Origin: an uncultured Candidatus Saccharibacteria bacterium
GTDB lineage: Bacteria > Patescibacteriota > UBA1384 > XYA2-FULL-43-10 > 1-14-0-10-43-13
Direction: 5' to 3'
Assembly: GCA_964628585.1 (NCBI GenBank)
Contig: CAZVMH010000002.1
Coordinates: forward strand, 33,751-97,750
DNA length: 64,000 nt
Of the stretch, positions 38,077 to 47,698 are shown piece by piece. The notes below the pieces were generated by a model. That model worked only from the letters and a program-made list of their open reading frames with translations, searched no databases and had not been told where the DNA came from. The position numbers and the translations under genes are program-made. Every line of letters starts with the position of its first letter. The stretch's first letter is position 1.

Positions 38077-39918
38077 ATGAAAAGCATAAAAATAAAACTT
38101 GGCAAAAGCTTAACCCTCAATAAATTGAAAGAAAATTTATTGGGTTTAGAGTATGAAAAAGTAAGCAACCTTGAAAAATCAGGACAGTTTTCTAGTATTG
38201 GCGGAAATGTTCTAGTATATCCTGTAAACGAATTAGATCCGATTAAAATTGAATATTTTGGAGATGAAATTGATAATATTTATTCTTATGATTTAGAAAC
38301 CGGCAAAAGACTTAAGAATTTAAAAAGCTTTGAATTATCTCAAAATTTTATAATACTATCGAATGGAGAAAAAGTTATTCCGGAAAATTTTGTGGTACAT
38401 GAAGATCACGGTATAGGCAGATTGTCTGGATTGATGACAAGAAAAGTAGGTGGAGAAAATCAAATATATATTGTTTTGCATTATTTAAATGAAGATAAGC
38501 TTTTTGTCCCGTTAGAATTGATTGAGAAAATATCACCTTATATTGGGGTAGGCAGAAAGTCACCACGATTAAACAAACTTGGAAGTGAAACTTGGAAAAA
38601 GACCTACAAAAAAACATATGAAAATATCATAATCCTAGCGAAAGAGCTTTTAAGTATCTATGCAAAAAGAGAAATAGCTAGTAGAAAACCATGGCAAATT
38701 AGCAAAGATTGGAACGTGGAAGCTATTAAAACCTTTGGATATAGAGATACTTTAGACCAAGAGAAAGCTATCAAAGAAGTATTTTCTGATTTGCAAAAAA
38801 ATATTCCGATGGACAGGTTGATTTGTGGCGATGTCGGCTTTGGTAAAACCGAGGTAGCAATAAGGGGAGCTGTCCAGGCAGTCTTCAACGGTTTTCAAGT
38901 TGCAATTCTTGTCCCTACCACAATTTTGGCGGAGCAACACTTTGTTACTTTACAAAAACGATTCGAAAAGCTGCCGATCAAGATTGCACATGTAAGTCGG
39001 CTAGTCAAAAAGAAGGATCAGGATGAAATATTGGAAGGCTTAAAAAACGGTACGGTTGATGTTGTTGTTTCGACTCACAAGATATTTCATCGGAGTATGG
39101 AGATATCAAACCTGGGGCTTCTTGTGATTGATGAAGAACAGAAATTTGGTGTTAAAGATAAGGAAAAGCTTAAAAAACTTAAAACAGCGCTCAACGTTTT
39201 ATCGCTAACCGCTACACCAATTCCAAGGACGCTTTTTATGGCCCTTTCCGGTATCCGTGATTTGTCACAAATTAATACTGCTCCAGCTGGGCGCAGAGAA
39301 ATTGCAACTGAAATTGATAAATTTGATATAGAAAAAGTCAAAAAGTATATTGACAGAGAAATTAAACGGAATGGGCAGGTTTATTATTTGCATAATGAAG
39401 TGAGCACCATAGGTGGAGTTAAAAACAAATTATCCAAACTATATCCAAAATTAAGAATTGAGGTTGCTCACGGGCAAATGGGAGAAATGGCTCTTCCAAA
39501 AATAATGAGTCAATTCGCTGAAGGCGAGATCGATATATTGGTTTGCTCTACTATTATAGAGAACGGTTTAGATATATCAAACGTTAATACCCTGATTGTA
39601 GAAGATGCTGATAGGTTCGGACTTTCTTCCCTTTATCAAATTCGTGGACGCATAGGACGATCTCCAAAACAGTCGTATGCGCTTTTCACTTATAAAAACA
39701 AAACAATTACTACCAATGCCCACAAAAGACTAAAAGCACTTTTAGATAATAGCGAACTTGGGTCTGGATACAACATTGCTCTTTCAGATCTAGAAATTCG
39801 TGGAGGTGGCAATATTCTCGGTCGAGAGCAACATGGCAATATGGAAGCGATTGGGCTGGTGCTATACACAAAACTTCTTAACCAAGCAGTTATGAAATTA
39901 AACAAAAAATCGGTATAA
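38077..39918 (+). CDS. mfd: Shortened transcription-repair coupling factor Mfd (CarD/RID + SF2 helicase, no C-terminal TRCF domain)
   Basis: VVHEDHGIG, GDVGFGKTE, DEEQKFG, TATPIPRT, QIRGRIGRS, DLEIRGGG. Confidence 0.9.
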   Translation: MKSIKIKLGKSLTLNKLKENLLGLEYEKVSNLEKSGQFSSIGGNVLVYPVNELDPIKIEYFGDEIDNIYSYDLETGKRLKNLKSFELSQNFIILSNGEKVIPENFVVHEDHGIGRLSGLMTRKVGGENQIYIVLHYLNEDKLFVPLELIEKISPYIGVGRKSPRLNKLGSETWKKTYKKTYENIIILAKELLSIYAKREIASRKPWQISKDWNVEAIKTFGYRDTLDQEKAIKEVFSDLQKNIPMDRLICGDVGFGKTEVAIRGAVQAVFNGFQVAILVPTTILAEQHFVTLQKRFEKLPIKIAHVSRLVKKKDQDEILEGLKNGTVDVVVSTHKIFHRSMEISNLGLLVIDEEQKFGVKDKEKLKKLKTALNVLSLTATPIPRTLFMALSGIRDLSQINTAPAGRREIATEIDKFDIEKVKKYIDREIKRNGQVYYLHNEVSTIGGVKNKLSKLYPKLRIEVAHGQMGEMALPKIMSQFAEGEIDILVCSTIIENGLDISNVNTLIVEDADRFGLSSLYQIRGRIGRSPKQSYALFTYKNKTITTNAHKRLKALLDNSELGSGYNIALSDLEIRGGGNILGREQHGNMEAIGLVLYTKLLNQAVMKLNKKSV

Positions 39919-39925
39919 TGTTTTT

Positions 39926-41005
39926 GTGCAGACAAATTATTTACTTCCATTTGTGGCGCATGAGAAAATTGGCAGCCAGACCTTAAAAAAGGCGCTGGCT
40001 CCTTTTGAAGATGATGCAGAAAAGCTTTGGCGGGTAAGTAATAAAGAGATATCGCAAAAACTGGATCAGAAAATTGCGAAACTAATTATCGAGGCAAAAG
40101 ATAAATATAACCCAGATGAAGAACTGGAAAAACTTAAAAAGTATGATGTCGGCTACATAACATTAAATGACAGGGAATATCCGCCGTTATTGAAAGAGAT
40201 TCACGATTATCCGGTCGTTCTTTTTATTCGGGGCAATATTAAATCTTTAAAAATGCCAGCGCTGGCCATAGTTGGAAGTCGTAAATTTTCTAATTATGGT
40301 CAGAAAGTGGCTTACAATTTATCAAGGGCATGCGCTGAAGCTGGGATAGCAATTATCTCCGGCTTAGCATTGGGAATTGATGCGTCTGCTCACAGAGCGG
40401 CGCTGGATGCAGATGGCATTACTATCGGCGTATTGGGTTGCGGATTAGATAGGGTTTATCCGGTCAGCAATTTTCAATTGGGGAAAGAAATGATCGAAAA
40501 GGGCGGAGCAATCGTTTCAGAATTTCCGATTGGAACACCACCGATGAAGTACAACTTTCCAGCCCGCAATCGCATCATAGCAGGACTTTCAGCTGGTACA
40601 CTTGTAGTTGAGGCGGCAGAACAGTCTGGGGCCTTAATTACAGCTTATCAAGCGCTGGAATACAACAGAGAGGTCTTTGCAGTGCCTGGAAACATCGATT
40701 CAATACAATCGGCCGGAACCAACAAATTAATTCAAAACGGAGCGAAGATGGTACTATCGCCCGAAGACATCTTTGCGGAACTAAATATCGAGGTGAAAAA
40801 ATCGGAAACGAAAGCCAAAGAAATGTTTCCAGAATCAGAAGATGAGAAAAAGGTTGTGGTAACACTCTCGTCTGGAAAAAAATTGGTTGATGAGATAATT
40901 GCCGAAACCGGACTTAATGTAATTGCTATTAACACATCCCTAACAACTTTAGAGATGAAAGGTGTAGTTGAAAATTTAGGTGGAGGTAGATTCAAGCTTT
41001 GTTGA
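39926..41005 (+). CDS. dprA: DNA-processing protein DprA
   Basis: IVGSR, SGLALGID, FPARNRIIAG, VFAVPG. Confidence 0.95.
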   Translation: MQTNYLLPFVAHEKIGSQTLKKALAPFEDDAEKLWRVSNKEISQKLDQKIAKLIIEAKDKYNPDEELEKLKKYDVGYITLNDREYPPLLKEIHDYPVVLFIRGNIKSLKMPALAIVGSRKFSNYGQKVAYNLSRACAEAGIAIISGLALGIDASAHRAALDADGITIGVLGCGLDRVYPVSNFQLGKEMIEKGGAIVSEFPIGTPPMKYNFPARNRIIAGLSAGTLVVEAAEQSGALITAYQALEYNREVFAVPGNIDSIQSAGTNKLIQNGAKMVLSPEDIFAELNIEVKKSETKAKEMFPESEDEKKVVVTLSSGKKLVDEIIAETGLNVIAINTSLTTLEMKGVVENLGGGRFKLC

Positions 41006-41083
41006 AATTTTATAATTTTGATTTATGATATAGTATCTGATAAATTCTTAAGTGTTTACTTAAAACAAAAAATTGGAGGAGAA

Positions 41084-43276
41084 ATGAATCTAGTAATTGT
41101 AGAGTCACCAGCTAAGGCAAAGACGATCGAAAAGTATTTGGGCAAAGACTACAAAGTTTTGGCTTCTTTTGGTCATGTCAGAGATTTACCACAAAAAGAA
41201 CTAGGCATTGATGTTAAAAATGATTTTGAACCGGATTATATTATTCCTCCAAAAGCAAAGAAAATAATTAGCGAACTGGCTAGGCTCGAAAAAAGCTCTG
41301 ATGCTCTTTATCTGGCAACTGACTTGGATCGAGAAGGTGAAGCGATTGCTTGGCATTTAATTAAAGCCCTCAAACTAAAAGACAATGATCCAAAAATCAA
41401 ACGAATAGTTTTTCACGAGATAACTAAAAGTGCAATTGAGAATGCGGTTAAACACTCAAGGGGTATCGACAAAGATTTGGTAGATGCGCAGCAAGCTCGT
41501 CGAATTTTGGACAGATTGGTTGGCTATAAGCTTTCTCCTCTTTTGTGGAGAAAGGTAAAATCTGGTCTTTCAGCTGGACGAGTCCAATCAGTGGCGGTGC
41601 GACTTGTGGTTGATAGAGAAGAGGAAATCCGCAAATTTAAATCCGATGAATATTGGATTTTGGGTGCAAATTTGTCAAAAAAGTCGGAGGAAAGTACTTT
41701 CGCATCTTATTTGATTGAATATGATGGCAAGCCGATCAAGAAGCTCGATATTAAAAATAAAAAAGAAGCAGGGAAAATTTCAAATAGTTTAGAGAACGCA
41801 AAATATCTAGTTCTGGACATACAAAAGGAACAATTACTTCGTAGTGCTTCGGCTCCTTTTACTACTTCAACAATGCAGATGGAGGCTTCAAGAAAGCTTG
41901 GTTTCTCAGCCAAGCAAACAATGATGCTGGCCCAAAAACTTTATGAAGCAGGACATATTACCTATATGAGAACTGACTCAATAAACTTGGCTCAAGAAGC
42001 TCAAAGAGCAATTGGTGAAATAATTGTAAAAGAATTTGGTCAAAAATATTTACCTGAGGTTGCAAAGGTCTACAAAACTAAAACAAAGAGAGCACAGGAA
42101 GCTCATGAAGCAATTCGACCAACAGATTTTTCAAAAAAAGAAGTAGCAGATGATCCTAGAGAACAGAAATTATATGAATTAATCTGGAAAAGAACGGTAG
42201 CCTCACTAATGAAAGATGCAATTTTTGACTCTACTTCTGTAACTATTGAAGCAAAAAGTGATAAGAATTCAAAGCTTTTTGCAAAAGGAGAAAAGATATT
42301 TTTTGATGGTTTTATCCGAGTATATATTGAAAGTAAAGATGATGAAACAGAGGAAGAACAGAATCCAATACCAAACTTGATGGCAGGAGAAATATTAGAT
42401 TTTCACGAATTAATTTCGGAACAAAAATTCACCGAACCACCAAAAAGGTACACCGAAGCTATGTTGGTTAAAAAATTGGAAAGTTTAGGGATCGGTCGGC
42501 CATCAACCTATGCTCCAACTCTTTCAACAATACAGGACAGGGGATATGTTGAGTTGGTTGAAAAGAAATTTGTTCCAACAGAAATTGCCGAAATTGTAAA
42601 CAAGGTTTTAGTTGAAAATTTTGCTGAAGTCGTTGATTATCAATTTACAGCAAAGATGGAAGATGATTTAGATGATGTGGCTGAGGGGAAGAAAGAGTGG
42701 GTACCTGTTATTCGAGAATTCTACGAACCGTTTGCTAAGAACTTGACTGAAAAGGGGAAGGAACTTGAGAAAAAAGATATAATTCAACCAAAAGAATTAA
42801 AGGAAAAATGTCCAGAGTGTAAAAAACCCTTAATGGAACGACTTGGTAGATATGGAAAATTTATTGCTTGTTCTGGATATCCAGAATGCAAATATTCTCG
42901 GCCTCTGGATGACGGCAAGAAGATGATGGAAGCAAATGAAGATGGTAAACCAACCGAAGTTGACGAGAAAGAGAAATGTGAAAAATGCGGTGGAAAAATG
43001 GTGTTAAAAGAGGGTCGGTTTGGTAGATTTTTTGCTTGTGAAAATTATCCAAAATGTAAATTTACCAAAACAATAATTACTTCTTCTGGCATTAAGTGTC
43101 CTGAATGTGGCGAGGGAGAGTTAATTGAAAAAAGAACAAAAAAAGGTAGAATGTTTTGGGGCTGTTCTCGCTATCCTGGATGTAAATATGCTTCTTGGAC
43201 AGATCCTAAAAAACCAAAAGAAGAAGATACGGGAGAACAAATAGAAAATCAGACTAGTGATACAGACGAAAAATAG
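41084..43276 (+). CDS. topA: DNA topoisomerase I
   Basis: IVESPAKAK, DLDREGE, ITYMRTD, three C4 zinc ribbons; GGAGG RBS. Confidence 0.97.
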   Translation: MNLVIVESPAKAKTIEKYLGKDYKVLASFGHVRDLPQKELGIDVKNDFEPDYIIPPKAKKIISELARLEKSSDALYLATDLDREGEAIAWHLIKALKLKDNDPKIKRIVFHEITKSAIENAVKHSRGIDKDLVDAQQARRILDRLVGYKLSPLLWRKVKSGLSAGRVQSVAVRLVVDREEEIRKFKSDEYWILGANLSKKSEESTFASYLIEYDGKPIKKLDIKNKKEAGKISNSLENAKYLVLDIQKEQLLRSASAPFTTSTMQMEASRKLGFSAKQTMMLAQKLYEAGHITYMRTDSINLAQEAQRAIGEIIVKEFGQKYLPEVAKVYKTKTKRAQEAHEAIRPTDFSKKEVADDPREQKLYELIWKRTVASLMKDAIFDSTSVTIEAKSDKNSKLFAKGEKIFFDGFIRVYIESKDDETEEEQNPIPNLMAGEILDFHELISEQKFTEPPKRYTEAMLVKKLESLGIGRPSTYAPTLSTIQDRGYVELVEKKFVPTEIAEIVNKVLVENFAEVVDYQFTAKMEDDLDDVAEGKKEWVPVIREFYEPFAKNLTEKGKELEKKDIIQPKELKEKCPECKKPLMERLGRYGKFIACSGYPECKYSRPLDDGKKMMEANEDGKPTEVDEKEKCEKCGGKMVLKEGRFGRFFACENYPKCKFTKTIITSSGIKCPECGEGELIEKRTKKGRMFWGCSRYPGCKYASWTDPKKPKEEDTGEQIENQTSDTDEK

Positions 43277-43296
43277 GTAAATATTATTTATTATTG

Positions 43297-43896
43297 ATGC
43301 TACCCAAATCCATACAAAACTTGATTGACGAGTTATCAAAACTGCCAGGTGTAGGTCCAAAAACGGCAGCCAGACTTACTTTTTATCTGCTTTCCAAACC
43401 TCAATATGATATTGATAATATTGGAAAAGCATTTTTAGAATTAAACAATAATATTAAAAAATGTAAAAATTGTTTCAACATTACTGATAAAGAAGTTTGT
43501 TTTGTGTGTGAAAACGAAAAAAGAAATCAGTCGTTGGTTGCGGTTGTAGAAGAACCACTTGATGTTATAGCACTAGAAAAATCTTACGGTTACGACGGAG
43601 TTTATCATGTTCTTGGAGGTTCAATTTCTCCAATTGAAGGCATTGGGCCTGAAAACTTAAGGATACAAGAACTAATTGACAGAATTATTAAAGGAGAAAT
43701 TGAAGAAATTATTTTAGCAACGAATCCCGATCTAGAAGGTGAAGCGACGGCAGCTTATATTAAAGAGAAAATTACGAATACTGGCAAGACAATAAGAGTT
43801 ACTAGAATTGCTCGGGGCTTACCAGTTGGAGGAGAGCTCGAATATGCTGACGAAGTCACTCTAAAGCGATCTATGGAGGGTAGAAGGGACTATTAA
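43297..43896 (+). CDS. recR: Recombination mediator RecR
   Basis: LPGVGPKTAARL, C4 zinc finger, YHVLGG, EGEATA. Confidence 0.96.
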   Translation: MLPKSIQNLIDELSKLPGVGPKTAARLTFYLLSKPQYDIDNIGKAFLELNNNIKKCKNCFNITDKEVCFVCENEKRNQSLVAVVEEPLDVIALEKSYGYDGVYHVLGGSISPIEGIGPENLRIQELIDRIIKGEIEEIILATNPDLEGEATAAYIKEKITNTGKTIRVTRIARGLPVGGELEYADEVTLKRSMEGRRDY

Positions 43897-44079
43897 TTTC
43901 TTTAATATAATTATCATACAACTTCATATTATGATAAAAACATAGAGCTGGACAATATAAATAAATATTGGCAATAGACCGTGGATAAGTCGTCTTGACA
44001 GGAAGTGAATTTTGGTTATAAAATCCAGAGGATAAAACAAAAATAAATTTCGCTTAGGCGAAATAAAGAAGAGGGTACA

Positions 44080-44277
44080 ATGGCAGATGAGTTCATTTGC
44101 GAGGGATGTTCTTACTCTACACAAAGTTTTGAGGAAAAATGTCCTCTTTGCGGAGGAAGAGTAGTCAACATCGACGATGGTATAGATGACAGGGCCTTTG
44201 CAGAGAATTATCACGAAGATCCCGCACCACAAGACGATTTAGACCTAGATCTGGACGAAATGCCAAGAGCGGCCTAA
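44080..44277 (+). CDS. Small zinc-ribbon protein with acidic tail
   Basis: CEGC...CPLC; GAGG RBS; own promoter (TTGACA at 43996) and terminator 44288-44318. Confidence 0.7.
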   Translation: MADEFICEGCSYSTQSFEEKCPLCGGRVVNIDDGIDDRAFAENYHEDPAPQDDLDLDLDEMPRAA

Positions 44278-44363
44278 ACATTCCAAAACAAAAAAATCTC
44301 CTACCAAGGAGATTTTTTAGTACAGACCTTAATATTTTCAATATTTTCTGATATATTGCCCAT

Positions 44364-45443
44364 ATGAAAAACTTTTGGGAAAAGTTAAAAAAACCGTTTT
44401 TGATGCTTGCTCCAATGGCCAAGTACACCGACTCGGCCTTTCGCATGCTTTGCAAAGAATTTGGAGCAGATGTAACTATAACGGAGCTAATTAGTGCTGA
44501 CGCAATTACTTTCGGAAAATTTAAAGTGAACAAGTCAAAAAAGAAAACTATTGTATCAGGTGTTAAAAATCATAGTACTGCAGAATTATTAAGTTTTTAT
44601 GAGAATGAACGACCAATTGTTATTCAACTTTTTGGTAAAAATCCTGAAAATTTTGCTAAAGCGTCAAAGTGGGTATGGGAAAATTTAAGACCGGATGGAA
44701 TTGATATCAATATGGGCTGTCCAGCTAGAAAAGTAGTAGGAAGTGATCATGGCGCAGCATTATTAAAAAACCCGCTCCTTGCCTGTGAGATAATAAGAGC
44801 AGTAAAAAAGAATTGTGATTGCCCAGTATCGGTAAAAACACGGCTTGGTTGGGAAAACGATGACGAAATTTTGGCTTTTGTCCCTCTTCTACTTAGCGCC
44901 GGAATAAGCGCCGTCACTATTCATGGTCGAACATATAAAGACGGATTTAAGGGGATAGCACGTTGGGAGAATATTTATAAAGTTAAAGAAATAGTGGGAG
45001 ATAAATTGATCGTTGTTGGTAACGGTGACATTACATCAGCAAGTGATACCTTGCTACAAACTACCAGCTACCTGCCCGCAGTTGCTACAGCGTTGCAGGC
45101 GGGCAAACTACAGGCTAGTTTAGATGGGATTGCGGTTGGAAGAGCCACTTTTGGACACCCCTGGATTTTTGAGGAAATTAAAACAAAAAAAGCAATCAGC
45201 TATAAGCAATCAGCTATAAGCAAGATAATTCTGAAGCATGCAGAATTAGCACTTGAAACCAAAGGGGAACATGGTATTATTGAATTTAGGAAGCACCTAC
45301 TGGCGTATTTAAAAGGATTCCCTGAAGCAAAGTCACTTCGAGCAGAAGCCGTAAAAGTTGAAACTTTGGAAGAAATTGCAAAAATCGTGAGTAAATTGGG
45401 TGTGTCAGGGCGTACAATCCTTGACAAAAACATAAAAATGTGA
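44364..45443 (+). CDS. dusB: tRNA-dihydrouridine synthase (DusB-like)
   Basis: LAPMA, IDINMGCP, SVKTRLG, IHGRT, GNGDI. Confidence 0.92.
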   Translation: MKNFWEKLKKPFLMLAPMAKYTDSAFRMLCKEFGADVTITELISADAITFGKFKVNKSKKKTIVSGVKNHSTAELLSFYENERPIVIQLFGKNPENFAKASKWVWENLRPDGIDINMGCPARKVVGSDHGAALLKNPLLACEIIRAVKKNCDCPVSVKTRLGWENDDEILAFVPLLLSAGISAVTIHGRTYKDGFKGIARWENIYKVKEIVGDKLIVVGNGDITSASDTLLQTTSYLPAVATALQAGKLQASLDGIAVGRATFGHPWIFEEIKTKKAISYKQSAISKIILKHAELALETKGEHGIIEFRKHLLAYLKGFPEAKSLRAEAVKVETLEEIAKIVSKLGVSGRTILDKNIKM

Positions 45444-45801
45444 TAGTATTGGGCAAGTAAATTGTATTTTAATAAGACGAGGAGTGGGATCCTTGTTTTT
45501 TTGTTTCCAATCTGGCTGGGAACTGGGGAAACTTAAGATTCTGGGCTTATAGGTTGGTTGGCATTGATGGCCCCTTAAAAAATGTGGGCCTGGCCTAACC
45601 AACTTCCACTATCCTACGCCTTTTTCCTGGCTGGGTTAGAAACTAAAAGTGGCAAAGGGCGAAAAACAGCAATTGAATTTGCAGTTTTTCGTCTCTTGCC
45701 AGAATCATTCTGGCAGAGTTGACATAGTAAACCCTCCTCACCGGAGGTTACATATGTGGCACATCCACAATTTAAGACAAAAAGAAAGTGAGGAACGAGA
45801 A

Positions 45802-46857
45802 GTGAAAAAGCTTCTAATCGTCTCTAGTATCAGTATCGTGATCCTGATGCTGGCGATCGTGCCAGTATCTGCCAACTCGATCGGCTGGGGGGCAAGTTTC
45901 CCCTTGGTCGGCGACCTGATCGGCGGACAGAGGACAACCGAGGTGCACGCCGGCATAACCTTGCCGGTGGCGACCTCGAGTTCGACTGACGGCCCCGACG
46001 AGGCAGTCTGGCAGGGGGGATACATTTCCTTGCCGAACAACACTACGGGCCTGTTCCCCGAGTTTCAATACCTGAAGACAACCCCGCTTATCATGGGGGT
46101 GGATCCGAAGGATCTCCGGGAGAACAGAGTGATCCTTTCTGGAGCGTGTCAGTACGACAAGAGCTCGGAAGAGATCACGATCAACACGGCAGGGATTCTG
46201 CCCGGCCAACACACGCTGGTCTATGAGCAGGATCAAAAAGCGAGCCGGAAGGACACAAGAGTCTTGATCTTCCGGTTTGCGAAGAGAATCGAGAAGACGG
46301 ATACGGCGGCGATGATCTTTACGGTCACGGAGCCGCAACCGTTCCTCGAAGACTACTGCCGTTTGACCGAGGGCAAGGGCTTTGCCGAAGCCTCGATCGA
46401 GTGCAAGCGACTTGCTCGGGTCCTCTACCTGGAGAAGGAAGCGGGTGCGTTTCGGCTGGTAAAGCCGGAGTTGCCCTATAACCTTCTCGTAGACGCATAT
46501 TGGCGGCAGGGGCAGAAGATGCCTCGAGTCGGCGATGTAGCGCCTGCACCGAAGGTGGAAGTACCCGTGCCCGCACCGGCGCCCGTGCCGAAAGTAGAGG
46601 TGCCTGTGCCCGCTCCTATTCCGGCGCCCGTCGCTCCCGTTTCGACCAGAGTAGAGTTCGCGCTCAACGTGATCAGCTCTGCTTCGGGAGCAGTCAGCGT
46701 GCAGATAGGCGATAAGGCCTACCAGGGCACGAGCATCCCGCTCTGTCTTGAGCCTGGCACTTATCAAGCGAAGGTCAAGATAGGAAGTCGTTCAACCGAT
46801 TGGGTCTCATTTAGGGTCAGCCCTAACATGGGCCCGGTCAACATCACGGCCAACTAA
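45802..46857 (+). CDS. GC-rich secreted orphan protein with Pro/Val repeats and PEGA-like C-terminus
   Basis: GAGG RBS + GTG; signal peptide; PKVEVPVPAP x2; LEPGTYQ. Confidence 0.7.
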   Translation: MKKLLIVSSISIVILMLAIVPVSANSIGWGASFPLVGDLIGGQRTTEVHAGITLPVATSSSTDGPDEAVWQGGYISLPNNTTGLFPEFQYLKTTPLIMGVDPKDLRENRVILSGACQYDKSSEEITINTAGILPGQHTLVYEQDQKASRKDTRVLIFRFAKRIEKTDTAAMIFTVTEPQPFLEDYCRLTEGKGFAEASIECKRLARVLYLEKEAGAFRLVKPELPYNLLVDAYWRQGQKMPRVGDVAPAPKVEVPVPAPAPVPKVEVPVPAPIPAPVAPVSTRVEFALNVISSASGAVSVQIGDKAYQGTSIPLCLEPGTYQAKVKIGSRSTDWVSFRVSPNMGPVNITAN

Positions 46858-46871
46858 AGGAGGGACACACC

Positions 46872-47588
46872 GTGAGGAAGTTCTTGGTTGTAGCAATCCT
46901 GCTCTGCATCGTCTCATCGGTGATGGCAGAGGACTTCTCGGTCACGCTCCAGAAAGCGAAGCCGTGGCCGGGAAAGACCGTTTACGTTTCCGGAATGCAG
47001 TCTCGGACTGCGCCGGCGAACAGCCTGACCGCGGTCCAGTTCTGGACCAAGGGTTGGATCACCGGCACAAATGGTTTGCCGATGACCGTTTACGCTGTCC
47101 CACGGCAGCAGGAAAACGGCATATGGTGGGCGATCTGCCAGGTGTCTGCCTACTGCGGGAACCCGGCAAAAGGTGGCTGGCTCGAGCGCAAAGAGGAGCC
47201 GAAGCCCTTGACCGCAGCTGTCTCGCAGGTGGAAACGCGGGTAGAGACGCGTACAGAGATCAAACTGGTGGAAGTTGAGGTCGAGAGGCCCTGTCCACCA
47301 GCTCTGCTCCCACCGCCGATGGTTGGGGGGCGAGAGGTGTCTCCCGGGTACCCTATAATATATGGGACCCGAAGCGAGAGATGGGTGCCTCTTGCGGTGC
47401 CGTTCGTGTTTTCGTACGAACCGCCCAAGTACGAGCGGCACTGTCCGCCGCCCCCGCCACCGCCGACCTGCCCGCCCGGGGGGTCTCCACCCCCCGAGCA
47501 GAACCCGAGTGGGTGTAATGTTCTCCCCACCGACGGGGGGAGTAACACCCACGTACCTCCTGTTCCGCCGCCTCCTAGCTCACGCTAG
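46872..47588 (+). CDS. GC-rich secreted orphan protein with CGNP motif and Pro-rich tail
   Basis: AAGGAGG RBS + GTG; signal peptide; followed by hairpin 47605-47635. Confidence 0.7.
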   Translation: MRKFLVVAILLCIVSSVMAEDFSVTLQKAKPWPGKTVYVSGMQSRTAPANSLTAVQFWTKGWITGTNGLPMTVYAVPRQQENGIWWAICQVSAYCGNPAKGGWLERKEEPKPLTAAVSQVETRVETRTEIKLVEVEVERPCPPALLPPPMVGGREVSPGYPIIYGTRSERWVPLAVPFVFSYEPPKYERHCPPPPPPPTCPPGGSPPPEQNPSGCNVLPTDGGSNTHVPPVPPPPSSR

Positions 47589-47698
47589 GCGGTGGCAAAG
47601 TACCGTCCCGCCCTTTCAACCAGAAAGGGCGGGACTCCTCTAAGCTCACAAAGAGATTTGTGAACTTAGAAAGAGTAAAAATAAGTAATTAAGTATTA

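Noticed and set aside
45814-47643. Long antisense and alternative-frame ORFs in the GC-rich islet
   Set aside because: Expected from stop-codon scarcity at high GC; the + strand ORFs have RBSs and signal peptides.
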